Shown here in pieces: positions 1 to 10,810 of a DNA stretch of 64,000 nt. The stretch comes from Octopus sinensis. Taxonomy: Eukaryota. The stretch spans positions 47,244,001 to 47,308,000 of the forward strand of contig NC_043001.1 of assembly GCF_006345805.1 (NCBI RefSeq), in the 5' to 3' direction. Position 1 is the stretch's first letter; each line of letters opens with the position of its first letter. A model generated the notes under the pieces. The model was not told where the DNA came from. It saw nothing but the letters and a program-made list of their open reading frames with translations, and did no database searches. Position numbers and translations under genes: made by a program.

Positions 1-54
1 GTAGACTGTTTGCCTTTTTCGCGGGCAACCCTGGTTCGATTCCTTGTCGATGTA
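1..54 (+). pseudogene. Degenerate tRNA-Gly-like 3' portion (5' end outside window)
   Basis: GTAGACTGTTTGCCTTTTTCGCGGGCAACCCTGGTTCGATTCCTTGTCGATGTA is colinear with the tRNA-Gly at 372-441; B-box GGTTCGATTCC kept; followed by a T-run; anticodon arm decayed. Confidence 0.6.
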
Positions 55-308
55 ACTTTTTTGAAAGAAGTTTCCGATTCTTTTTGGATGGTTGCAACAT
101 TGATCGATAAATATATATTTTACCAATGACTTCGACGAGTATTGATGGTTCAGTTATCATATGTTCGCCTGCTACGCAGGCCTCACAGTTTTGACCGAAT
201 TTGATCATTGTTCTAAATAGATGATTGCAAAACAGATAATATCGAACGGAAAAAAAAAATAAAATAAAAAAATTAAAAATGCAACCTACCAATTCTGGAT
301 ACTTTTAG

Positions 309-360
309 TATATTTTATAGATAATTGGAAACAGTATATTTTATAGATAATTGGAAACAG
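309..360. repeat. Perfect 26-bp tandem duplication
   Basis: TATATTTTATAGATAATTGGAAACAG x2, 11 bp upstream of the tRNA. Confidence 0.95.
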
Positions 361-371
361 CCTCACTGTTA

Positions 372-441
372 GCATCGGTGGTTCAGTGGTAGAATTCTCG
401 CCTCCCACACGAGTGGCCCGGGTTCGATTCCCGGTCATGCA
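372..441 (+). tRNA. tRNA-Gly(CCC), probably defective
   Basis: GCATCGGTGGTTCAGTGGTAGAATTCTCGCCTCCCACACGAGTGGCCCGGGTTCGATTCCCGGTCATGCA matches the eukaryotic tRNA-Gly scaffold with A/B boxes and a downstream TTTTTT terminator; 70 nt, one base missing from the 3' acceptor strand, C-A mismatch in the anticodon stem. Confidence 0.8.
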
Positions 442-795
442 CTTTTTTGTTTTTTTTCTTGACTATTTCTTTTGTTTTTAATATAGATAATCACACAGGG
501 GGTATATTAATATTTCAATGAATATATTATCTGCCATTCTGGATTTATTCATTGTTATCATCTTTCACACTGCTATAGGATTTACGGTTGAGCACCAACG
601 AAATTGATGGCATTACCACTCAGAGATATCTTCAATCGTCATGATCTCCACCTCCTTCAACTAAGTAGAGAAAGGAAAACACTGATTCATTATTCAGCTT
701 TTACTTGTTTCAGTAATTAAACTGCGTTCAGCAACTTCATGGCAGCTACTCTTTTGATGTATTTAAGAAAGCAACAGTCAAAATTAGGCAGTGAG

Positions 796-879
796 ATGAG
801 GGCCTGTCGCTGTTGGCCATACCATGAGGCCTTGTCGCTGTTGGCCATACCATGAGGCCTTGTCGCTGTTGGCCATACC
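796..879. repeat. 28-bp tandem repeat x3
   Basis: ATGAGGCCTTGTCGCTGTTGGCCATACC at 796, 824, 852; first copy slightly variant; no spacers. Confidence 0.95.
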
Positions 880-961
880 TCTCTCCCATTACATTTCTCG
901 CTCATTCTCAGTTATTCAACATACTCAAGTCAGAAATACATACATTCTGTTACATACGTGC

Positions 962-1128
962 AATATTAGTTCAAGTTTTGGCACGAGGCTAGCGAGTTCG
1001 GATCAACTGGTACGTTTTATCGACTCCGAAAAGATGAAAAGCTAAGTCGACCTCAGAACATAAAGACGAACGAAATGCTGCTAAGCATTTTGCCTGGCGT
1101 GCAAACGATTCTGCCAGCTCGCCGCCTT
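962..1128 (-). mobile_element. SINE family A (abundant octopod-type SINE), internally deleted
   Basis: Reverse complement begins AAGGCGGCGAGCTGGCAGAATCGTT...AAATGCTTAGC, shared with many copies in the window. Confidence 0.8.
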
Positions 1129-1155
1129 AATAATAATATTAATAATAATAACAAG

Positions 1156-1255
1156 NNNNNNNNNNNNNNNNNNNNNNNNNNNNNNNNNNNNNNNNNNNNN
1201 NNNNNNNNNNNNNNNNNNNNNNNNNNNNNNNNNNNNNNNNNNNNNNNNNNNNNNN
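1156..1255. other. Assembly gap (100 N)
   Basis: Run of N. Confidence 1.
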
Positions 1256-1415
1256 AGAGAAGTAGATAGACAGCCGACAACTGATGAAGGGTCATGCTTT
1301 GTGTTACTTGTCTTGTTTTCCATTTGTTTTTCTCGTTGTTTGCGTATTGAACTAATTTGTTTTCGTATTTCATGGTTTTTTTTACTGTTGGTGACATCCT
1401 GTACCCATATATGGA
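1256..1415 (+). mobile_element. PLE-type terminal-repeat remnant (relative of 9915-10075)
   Basis: GCCGACAACTGATGAAGGGTC...CATCCTGTACCCATATATG aligns to the reverse complement of 9915-10055; ends in (TA)n; carries a hammerhead CUGAUGA strand. Confidence 0.55.
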
Positions 1416-1775
1416 TGTGTTGCATATATATATATATATATATATTATTTATATATATCCATATAATAACTGTATATAATATATATCAATGATATTTGAG
1501 GCGACAACTTTTAAATATAAACAAATGACCGAAAAATGATGAGCAAAACTCAGTCTGAATCGAACTCACGAATTGACGCTTTTATGGCTCCTTGCAAATC
1601 TCATTGGCCAAACGATCACCCATCAGTTTCAGTCAAATTTACTTAATATATACTTAAGCTGTTTTCATACTACATACATAATGATATATATTATACACAG
1701 TTATAATTTCGTTGAGTCAATTTCGGGTTTGCTTATAAAAATATTGTGTAGTGTATATATATAAGCAAAATTTAG

Positions 1776-1885
1776 GTTAGCTAAAATATGTTTGTGACAT
1801 ATTTCAACTGCTAAAACACAAATACACTGCAGTTATCGGGGAGAAAATATCAGTTGAAATATGTCACAAATATATTTTAACTAAC
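1776..1885. repeat. Fold-back element, 35-bp arms, 40-bp spacer
   Basis: Arms 1776-1810 and 1851-1885 differ at 2 positions. Confidence 0.85.
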
Positions 1886-1969
1886 ATAATATATATATAT
1901 AACGTAAAGTGTACTGTTACTGTTTACATCTCGTTCGGAGATTTATTAATATATATATATATATATATA

Positions 1970-2270
1970 AGCCCGTCGTATATATGTATGTATGTATATA
2001 TATATATATATATAATATATATATATATGTATGTGTGTGTGTGTGTGTATGTGTGTGTATATGTTTGTGTGTCTGTGTTTGTCCCCCTCCAACATCGCTT
2101 GACAACCGATGTTGGTGTGTTTACATCCCCGTATCTTAGTGGTTCGGCAAAAGAGGCCAATAGAATAAGTACTAGGCTTACAAAGAATAAGTTAGTCGAT
2201 TTGTCGACTAAAGACGGTGCTCCAGCATGGCCACAGTCATAATGACTAAAACAAGTAAAAGAGTAAAAGA
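1970..2270 (+). mobile_element. SINE family B, 3' half with internal microsatellite
   Basis: AAGCCCGTCGTATATATG...CGCTTGACAACCGATG...GGTTCGGCAAAAGAG...CAGCATGGCCACAGTC...AAACAAGTAAAAGA as in full copies at 30.5, 50.4 and 51.7 kb. Confidence 0.8.
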
Positions 2271-2599
2271 GAGAGAGTATATAGTTATAAATTTATATGT
2301 CAATGTAAATATATATATGTGTGTGTTTATGTGTGTATATATGTGTGTATATATATGTGTGTATATATATGTGTGTATATATACGTGTATATATATATAT
2401 GTGTGTGTATATATGTATGTGTATATATATATGTGTGTATATATATATATGTGTATATATATATGTGTGTGTGTATATATATATGTATGTATATATATAT
2501 ATATGTGTGTGTGTATATATATATATATGTATATATATATGTGTATATATATATATATGTATATATATCTGTATATATCTATATGTATATATGCATTTT

Positions 2600-3237
2600 G
2601 TTTTAAACTCTAGTTTCAGCTCAGAGCTGCGGCTATGCTGATGCACCGCCGTTTTGTGCTACACTGTTATTGCGAAGAACCTCGTCTAATATGTGGCACT
2701 TGGTGAAGAATGGAGTTTGATATAGCTACTCTCATTTGCACCTATTGCCGTGAGGTAGGTTCATCTGGGACTCTCGACAGGAAGATGTCCAGCTTTGATT
2801 TAAAAACCGCTACATCTACTTTGTGCAAGTTCCTCAGACTCTTTGGGAGAATATTAAAAAGCTGTGGGCCCTTGAAATCCAGGCTGTTGCAGAAGCTGGT
2901 CCTGAAGCGTGATGGCATTGCTGGGATCTTTGGCACTATGCAGTGTCGTCCCGTTCTAGCATTGGTGTAGCTTACAATGCCAAAGTTTGGCACAATTCCT
3001 ACCAGGATCTTCCAGACATATATTGCTGCATACCTCTCCCGTCTTCTCTCCAGGGAGTAGAGTCTTAGCTGTTTCAACCTTTCCCAGTAGCTGAGCTGTT
3101 GCAAAGAGACGATCTTCTTTGTGAATCTTCTCTGGATTGCTTCAAAGTCCGCTGTTAATTTTACACTGGTGGGTGACTATAGATGTGAGCAGTAATCCAG
3201 GCGGCTGAGGACGAATGTCCGCCAGAGTTCCATCATG
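2600..3237 (-). mobile_element. 5'-truncated LINE, CR1/L2-type ORF2 C-terminus plus 3' UTR
   Basis: Minus-strand translation [12 protein letters not shown]...EAIQRRFTKKI...LKQLRLYSLERRRERY...KGPQLFNILPKSLRN...FKSKLDIFLSRVPDEP, typical of the post-RT region of CR1/L2-clade ORF2; one in-frame stop. Confidence 0.85.
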
Positions 3238-3246
3238 GTTTCCTTA

Positions 3247-3579
<333 letters not shown>

Positions 3580-3580
<1 letters not shown>

Positions 3581-3740
3581 AAACGTTAAAAAAACACAAA
3601 CTGGGACAAGAACGTGAAACATTTTGAAGACGACAAAAAAACAACACAGACGGGACTTTCGAAGCTCTCAGTCATCAGTCAAGAACCAGATCATCTTCGC
3701 AATTTCGGCTGATTAATCTTGAGATTGCTCCAATCTGGGC
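3580..3740 (-). mobile_element. PLE-type terminal-repeat remnant carrying a rearranged hammerhead-like motif
   Basis: Between TA tracts; minus strand has TC, GAAA and CTGATGA core segments with complementary flanks (see findings). Confidence 0.5.
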
Positions 3741-3922
3741 AATATATATATACACAGAATATGGGTATTTAGTTTACTGGTGATCCAAACGAATAGGTGC
3801 GCTGGGTAAGTGGTGTAACGGTTTATCAGGGTTTCAAGCTCGTAACCGGGACGGGAGCTATGGATCCATTTTAGGTTTCCGATTTAGCAGATATATTTTT
3901 ATGAAAGAGGTCAACAAAAGCC

Positions 3923-4133
3923 GAGGCGTAATAAGCATCTCAAGTCATATACATAATTTTTCATTATTCTTAAATTAGTTGTGGTCTTGCAGCTGTTTCT
4001 GGGATGACCGAATACCCCATATTGAGGCATACTCTGCTCTCACTTGGGATATCCTAGAAACAGCTGTAAGACCTCAACTAATTTAAGAATAATATAAAAT
4101 GATGTAAATGACTTGAGATGTTTCTTATGCCTC
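3923..4133. repeat. Inverted repeat, about 83-bp arms, 45-bp spacer
   Basis: 3923-4005 vs 4051-4133, roughly 88% identical by eye; abuts a TA tract. Confidence 0.85.
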
Positions 4134-4175
4134 TTTCATATATACATATACATACATACATACATATATATATAT

Positions 4176-4236
<61 letters not shown>

Positions 4237-4674
4237 TACGAATGCATGAATAAACGTACAAACATGCATGTGTGTGTGTGCAAATTTACACAGTAAAATA
4301 AGCTTATTATGCTTGCAATAACTCGTATTTGTTTTTCCCATGTGTTAATTTGGGGATCAAGGAACCAATTACAAAAAAAATTGGATCCATAAACTTCATT
4401 ATGAATAATTTACATTTCTTGTCAGAGTTGTACTTTTAACAACTCCGGCGGTTGTTGACACTACAGCTGGTGTAATCTTTGTCTTTGTTATTGTCATTTA
4501 GTCTCAAGTGAATTCCGAAAAAGCGAATCAAATATATTCTGAATATGACCAACCATCCTTATTGTGATATATAAAAGTACATTATTCATTGCGTGTCTCC
4601 CAGACAAGGGGTGTGATTTTTCAGAGAACTTTACCTGCTATTTCATGGCTCGTTTGCTCGAAAGAATTCTAGTA

Positions 4675-6169
4675 TTTGTTCATATTTCTGTATGTGTACT
4701 TATGCGAGGGTGTGTGAGTGTGCCTGGGTCAACTAGAGCGCGTTGGGTGAGGCGTGGTGTGTTCTTGATAGCCTTCTTTTCTCCATCCCTTCACACTCCT
4801 CTCTCACACTTCTTGACCTCTTAATTCCCTCTCCCTCTGTTCTATTCTCATATGATAACCTAACTATACTTCTTTGCGTACTGGTGTATATAAGGGCCTG
4901 CATCTTTGCAGCTCTGATCAAGAAAACTATGAAAAGAAATTCCAACCGTGACCATTTCGTATTTATCCTACATCCTTTTAAGATTGTAAGTTGGTCTTGA
5001 AGGATATTTTGCATCCGTTTCGAGCAGATCTGTTGATCAGTAGCCAGTTATTGAAACAGAATAGAATCGGGATCTTTGGGGTTATCGAGAAAAAAGGTGG
5101 GCACCGGCATGTCAAAACATTAAACTAGTTACAGCAAACAGTGAAAAACATTAAACGATTCGCGAGCAAATTAAATATTTAAAAGCTACGAGCAAACCAA
5201 CAGGACCAACAGACATTTATTAGTTTAGAATATTCAAGAACGAAAGTTTGCAATACAGTATCGAATGCCTACTATTTTGAAAACAAACAATTATGGAAGG
5301 TTACACTCCTTGTGCGCATGTGTAGCATCTTTGGTTACTATCGAAACAGAGTTCTTCTCAATCAGCTATGGAACACGTGGTGCTTTTTTGCTTACTATGC
5401 TAACAAAACTTCACGGTGATGTGTAAAATACTCGCTTCTGATTGGCTAGAATACCTAAATTTTGCAAATTTTAAAGGCTAGTAACTTTTTAATTATGAAA
5501 TTATAGGAAAAATGAATTTCATTTTCATAATTAGTATACAAAACTTGATCCATCAAATTTGAAAACAATTGGAACAAAATTGAAGACAGTGACGATAACC
5601 ACAAAGATCCTAGAATCGAGTTTTATTTAATCGACCTTAGCAAAAAAAAAAAAAAAAATGGTTCTAGCTGGATTTGAACTGAGAACACAAATGTAACTGA
5701 TTTTCACCAGCAATCTACGCTTTCTGCAATGTTGTTGCGTTAGTATAATATCCGTTCAAATATCTCCCCCTCTCTCTCTTACCACACAAGGAATCCAGAA
5801 AACGTAATTGGTATTTATGTTTTATATAATGCACACCTGTTTCAGAAACCCGTCCACCGTTAATTACGTGAGGCTAATGGCCCTATTACGCGACACAATA
5901 CAGCCAGTTTACTCCATCAGTATCACTGATAAAATTACAACACAAAGATGCAGGTCCTTATATGCTGCACCAGTATGTAAATAAGTACAGTTAAGTTATC
6001 ATTTGAGAGCAGAACAGAGGGAGAAGGAATTAAGAGGTCAAGAAAGTGTGCGAGAGAAGTGATGGGATGAAGAAAAGAAGGCTATCAACGTTACGCCACA
6101 CCTCACCCAGTTGACCAAGACGCACTCACACACCCTCGTATAAGTACACATACACAAATATAGTACAAA
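4675..6169. repeat. Pair of about 230-bp inverted copies around a 1-kb spacer
   Basis: 4675-4908 aligns to the reverse complement of 5943-6169 (shared GATAGCCTTCTTTTCT, CTTGACCTCTTAATTCC, CTGCATCTTTG). Confidence 0.75.
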
Positions 6170-6708
6170 GGAGAGAAAGAGGAAGAGATAGATTCTGTTA
6201 TGTAGTGTCAAACAGGAGAACAATAATAACAAAAATATCAGTAAAATAAGAATATATAATATTAATAGCAACTATAAAAATAATAAAAATAATAATGATA
6301 ACAACAAGAACAACTACATTAACAATAAAAGAAATAGTAATATTGACGAAACAACAGTAAAACCTATAGCAACCACGACCATAATTAAAAGAATTGTAGC
6401 AAAACAATAATAGAATAATAGCAAAACAAATAAAAATCACAATAATGGTAACAATAATAACGATGAAATGATAAATGCAGATAATAAAATTAAAATATGA
6501 CAGTAAGACCACACCTGGAAGGAGTAAAATGAAGTCAACGGTCAGCATAGGGAGACTGAGAGAGAGAGAGAGAGGAAAAGAGAGAGGGAGAGAGAGAGGG
6601 AGAGAGAGAGGAGAGAGAGAGAGAGGAGAGAGAGAGGAGAGAGATCAACAGAAAAGCACTCCATCGAGTGAGAGATAAAAATAAATATACACAGTATTTA
6701 GATTCGAG

Positions 6709-6906
6709 TTACTATTAGTTTCATGCTGTGGAAACAATAAAAATCGGCAGGAGTTAAGTATAATGCCTTGTTTTTCTATGCAATCGATCTTTAAAATAAG
6801 ACCAGCCACATTGTGTATTTGAGCCGGAAGGATTGCTTGGCGGCACAAGGCATGATATAAAAATCTGCTGATTTATTGCGTTTCCACAACATGAAGCTAT
6901 TAGTAG
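6709..6906. mobile_element. MITE-like fold-back, about 60-bp imperfect arms
   Basis: TAGTTTCATGCTGTGGAAAC...ATGCCTTGT vs ACAAGGCAT...GTTTCCACAACATGAAGCTA. Confidence 0.6.
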
Positions 6907-7294
6907 CGCGTAGTTAAATACTGTTTAAGTTTTCGTGTTCGTTTTTTTTTTACCACATTTATTGTTTGTATGTTTGCCTTAAGAAAACTTCCTGACAAGA
7001 GATTCATTTTCCGGGTGGCTGATATTTGGAAAGCAATGACTTCAGCTCTTTCCCCAACCTATCTTGAAACAACATAACACAACTCAGGCTGTATATAATA
7101 ATAACAGAACAAGCGTGACATAAAAATTTTCTTCCGCTGACGAAAATATGACAAATTCATAAATCTGAATCAGGGGAGACAACTGAAATTTCTAAGATAT
7201 AAATATTCCAATTTCGAAATATAGTTTACGTGTATATTCTTACATGTATTTTAAATTACATTATTATTTTAGGTCTGCATAATATTGAGACCCC

Positions 7295-7583
7295 CTTAGG
7301 TCATGACTGGCCGTGGGATTGCACCTAGAAAGTTACCCTCCTAGGCACAAGTCCGGGCATGCATACCGGCCTTCCCCCTCCACGCCACCAGTGTTATCCA
7401 AGGGAAAGACAACAGCCGATACAGCTTGGCACCTGTGACGTCACAACTCATTTCTACAGCTGACTGAACTGGAGCAACGTGAAATAAAGTGCTAAGAACA
7501 CAACACGCAGCCCGGTCCGGGATTCGAACTCACAATCTCACGATCGTAAGCTCGAGGCTCTAACAACTGAGCCATGCGCCTTT
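7295..7583 (-). mobile_element. tRNA-headed SINE (family D)
   Basis: Minus strand AAGGCGCATGGCTCAGTTGTTAGAGC...GAGTTCGAATCCC (A/B boxes), then core GTTGCTCCAGTTCAGTCAGCTGTAGAAATGAGT shared with 11755-11975, 16345-16686 and 58272-58528. Confidence 0.8.
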
Positions 7584-8486
7584 GCATAATATAATACTGC
7601 ATAATATAATACTTTGTATAAAGAACTATAAATGTCAATATTTATACGGCTTTCAGAAACTCCAAATGATAAAAAACCGGCTATTTTTTAAATCGGTTAT
7701 TTTGAATTTCGCGGACCGGCTGTAGCTGACCGCGCTGTCGCATTGTTAGTTTATTTACAAACGGTGTGTTAAAAATAGTTTTGTTCTTTAATTTTTTTAA
7801 AGTGGATTGATAAAGACTCAACCTTTAGAAATGTATTAATTCGTACCTGAATGTTTAATTTCTTCTTGGTTTAATTTTCTTCTTATAAACATCATACAGT
7901 ATACATGATAAAGTATGATATATTTTAAGAATTTTAACTGGATTAATAAATATCAAACAAGCCTTGTTTTTAAGTGTATTAATTTGAATCTGTGAAATAC
8001 AATTTAGTTCTTTAGTCTTCAAAGTTCACTTTATATTTTATATTTAGAATGTCCCCAGAAAAAAGGAAAATCCCGAAATCTAGGCTACTTCCGATCATAA
8101 GCTTGCTGGGTAATAATTGATTCAGTATTGCACAAACACCGAGAGTCTTAAATGAAGAAATATATAACACGGAATTTTTTTCACAGACTCAAAATCCAAT
8201 AGATTAAAAAAGCAGATGCACAGCCAAGGTCTTATATATATATACGGACATTTTGGATTACAGACAGGAGTAGTACACATATTGGTTTCAAATTTTGGCA
8301 CCAGGACAGCATTTTCGGGAGACGGGTAAGTCGATTACATCAACCCCAGTGCTCAACTGGTATTTATTTCGTCGACTCCGAAAGGATGAAAGGCGAAGCC
8401 AATCTCCAGAGAATTTGAACTAAAAAAAGAAATGTATGGTAAGAATGTTTCGCGAAAAAATCGCTGGACAGGTTTTACGAGCAACC

Positions 8487-8710
8487 TATTTCTTTATTAC
8501 CCACTAGGGGCTAAACACAAAGGGGAGAAACAAGGACAGGCATAGGTATTAAGTCGATTACATCGACCCCAGTGCGTAACTGGTACTTATTTAATCGACC
8601 CCGAAAGGATGAAAGGCAAAGTCGACCTCGGCGGAATTTGAACTCACAACGTAACGGCAGACGAAATACCGTTAAGCACATCGCCCGGCATGCTAACGTT
8701 TCTGCCAGCC
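8487..8710 (-). mobile_element. SINE family A, tail type 1
   Basis: Near-identical to 17236-17468 and 20157-20388. Confidence 0.85.
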
Positions 8711-8915
8711 CGAGCAACCGGCAGGAAACCCAGTGGGGGAGACCACGTGCAAAATGGTAGGATAACATCCATGAACTCGGTTGATCTCGCTCGGGAAGCC
8801 AGCTGGATCAACTGGAAACAGCTGCTTCAGACAAGGCCCAATGGAAGGCGTGCTTGAGGTCTCTGCCCCCATAATCCTCCCAGGAATAAATGAGTGAAGA
8901 GGATAAGATGAGTGA
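8711..8915 (+). mobile_element. RTE-clade LINE 3' end
   Basis: Translates as PAGNPVGRPRAKW*DNI...LETAASDKAQWKACLRSLPP, the GRP..W.D...A.D...W motif ending RTE ORFs. Confidence 0.6.
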
Positions 8916-9716
8916 GATTCAGTTCAAAATGGTGATAACGATGAGTGTCAATACTGAAAAATGAAGACGGCGAATTTGTCACTCTAAGTACACCATGTAA
9001 CGCTGATTTTACCTGAGAATTACACTAAAGGCACATCTGCCTGTGGAATATTCAGTCACTCTGATAATTCAATAACATACCAATATATACAAACACATAC
9101 ACACACACACATATATATATACACATGCACACATACATATACATATATACACACATATACAATATATATATATATACATACAGACAGAGACAAATATATA
9201 CATACGTATACATACATTTATATACGTAAATATATACATACCTATACATACACACAAACATATACACATCCGCACACCCACACATATATAAACAAGTATA
9301 CATACATATACATATATATACACAGATTAACATATATTTCAATTATTCTCTCCTCAGGTTTCTCTTAGTTTGCTTGAGAAAGAAGAAAAAAAAAATACCC
9401 CCCCCCCCCACCAAAAAAAAACAAACAAACAAAAAAGAAAAAAAAATGTACCAGATGTGGAGTGCGTTGTTGCTGACCTAATCATAAAACTATGTTGCCA
9501 TTCAGCTAATAAATAATACAAACGGGTTTTCTACTTGTTTTAAACATTTTATTATTACTATTATTATTTCTTTTTATTTTTGCAGAAAGTTGTGTAAAGG
9601 CGTTATTTCAGCTCGAAACCTGACGAACCACTACGTAGTAAACATAACACTACTTCTTCTAGTGACTTGTGGTGTCTAAGTTTCACAAACACACACATCA
9701 ATAATAATAATGATAA

Positions 9717-9747
<31 letters not shown>

Positions 9748-9877
9748 CATCATCATCATTATTATTACAGTTCCTCTTCAATATTCTCCTTTATAGGAAT
9801 ATTCCTACTTTACTTTTCTGACTGCCCACTCCCAATCACCAATGACGTCCCTTTATTTTGTTATCTATTCATTTTGT

Positions 9878-9914
<37 letters not shown>

Positions 9915-9915
<1 letters not shown>

Positions 9916-10075
9916 ATATATGGGTACAGGACGTCACAAACTGTGTAAACAACATGAAGTACGAAAACAAACGAGTTAAATATGCAAACAACGAGAGAAT
10001 AAAATGGTAAACAGGACAAGTAACACGGAGAACGACCCTTCATTAGTTGTCGGCTTTCTCCTCATTTCGAGCATT
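9915..10075 (-). mobile_element. PLE-type terminal-repeat remnant
   Basis: Homologous to 1256-1415 and distantly to the arms at 42571-43199; minus strand GCTCGAAA...CCGACAACTAATGAAGGGT. Confidence 0.55.
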
Positions 10076-10149
10076 CACACACACATATACACGCACAAAC
10101 ATATACTATGAGAGTGTGTGCATGTATGTATGAAAAAAAAAAAAATATA

Positions 10150-10340
10150 TATATATATATATAGGGAGAGTTTACGAAAAAAATAAAAGACGAAGACAGG
10201 TGGTCTATAAAACAAAGAGATGTATTAGTATAACGCTCAGGAATAGAAAAAAGTCTTTTACGTTTCGAGCCTAAGCTCTTCTACAGAAAGGGACACAGAA
10301 AAAACAAGAAGAGAAACAAGGAGAGAGAAAAATGCGTGTA
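10150..10340 (-). mobile_element. PLE terminal repeat with minimal hammerhead-like motif (10255-10290)
   Basis: Minus strand CTTT-CTGTAGA-A-GAGC-TTAG-GCTC-GAAA-CG-TA-AAAG; homologous to 35180-35395 and 41850-41945. Confidence 0.65.
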
Positions 10341-10599
10341 GTGGCTAACGATCTGTATACATACATGACTGTGTATTCGTGTGTGTGTGTCCATACAAAC
10401 ATACATACATATAGATTTGCATTTCGCATCGTGTAGAACTAAGTTTGCGTCACCCATTGACGTCATTTCAAGTAACAAACGTCAGAACGTGAAATAAATT
10501 GATAAGAAAGAGGACAGTAAGAACTAGTTTAGAAATAAATAAAAGTTTTCTTCTTTTCATGTAGAAATGGACGGCCAGTTTATATAAACAAAAAAAAAG

Positions 10600-10810
10600 T
10601 TTTAAAATTCTGGCACCAGGCCAGCAACTTCAGGGATGAGTGTAAGTTAATTACTTGGACTCCAATACTCAACTGGTACTTATTTTATCGATGCCCCACC
10701 AAAGGATGAAAGGTAAGCTCAGTGGAATTTGAATTCTGAACCTAAAGACGGACTAAATGCCGCTAAGCATTTTTTTCCGGTGTGCTAACGCTCTGCCAGC
10801 TCGCCGCCTT
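10600..10810 (-). mobile_element. SINE family A, tail type 2
   Basis: Family A body plus GGCCTGGTGCCAGAATTT tail. Confidence 0.75.

Noticed and set aside
796-879. CRISPR-like 28-bp repeats
   Set aside because: Units are contiguous with no spacers; eukaryotic context.
9605-9650. GCTCGAAA-C-CTGACGA-ACCACTACGTAGT hammerhead-like words
   Set aside because: No consistent set of three stems could be built.
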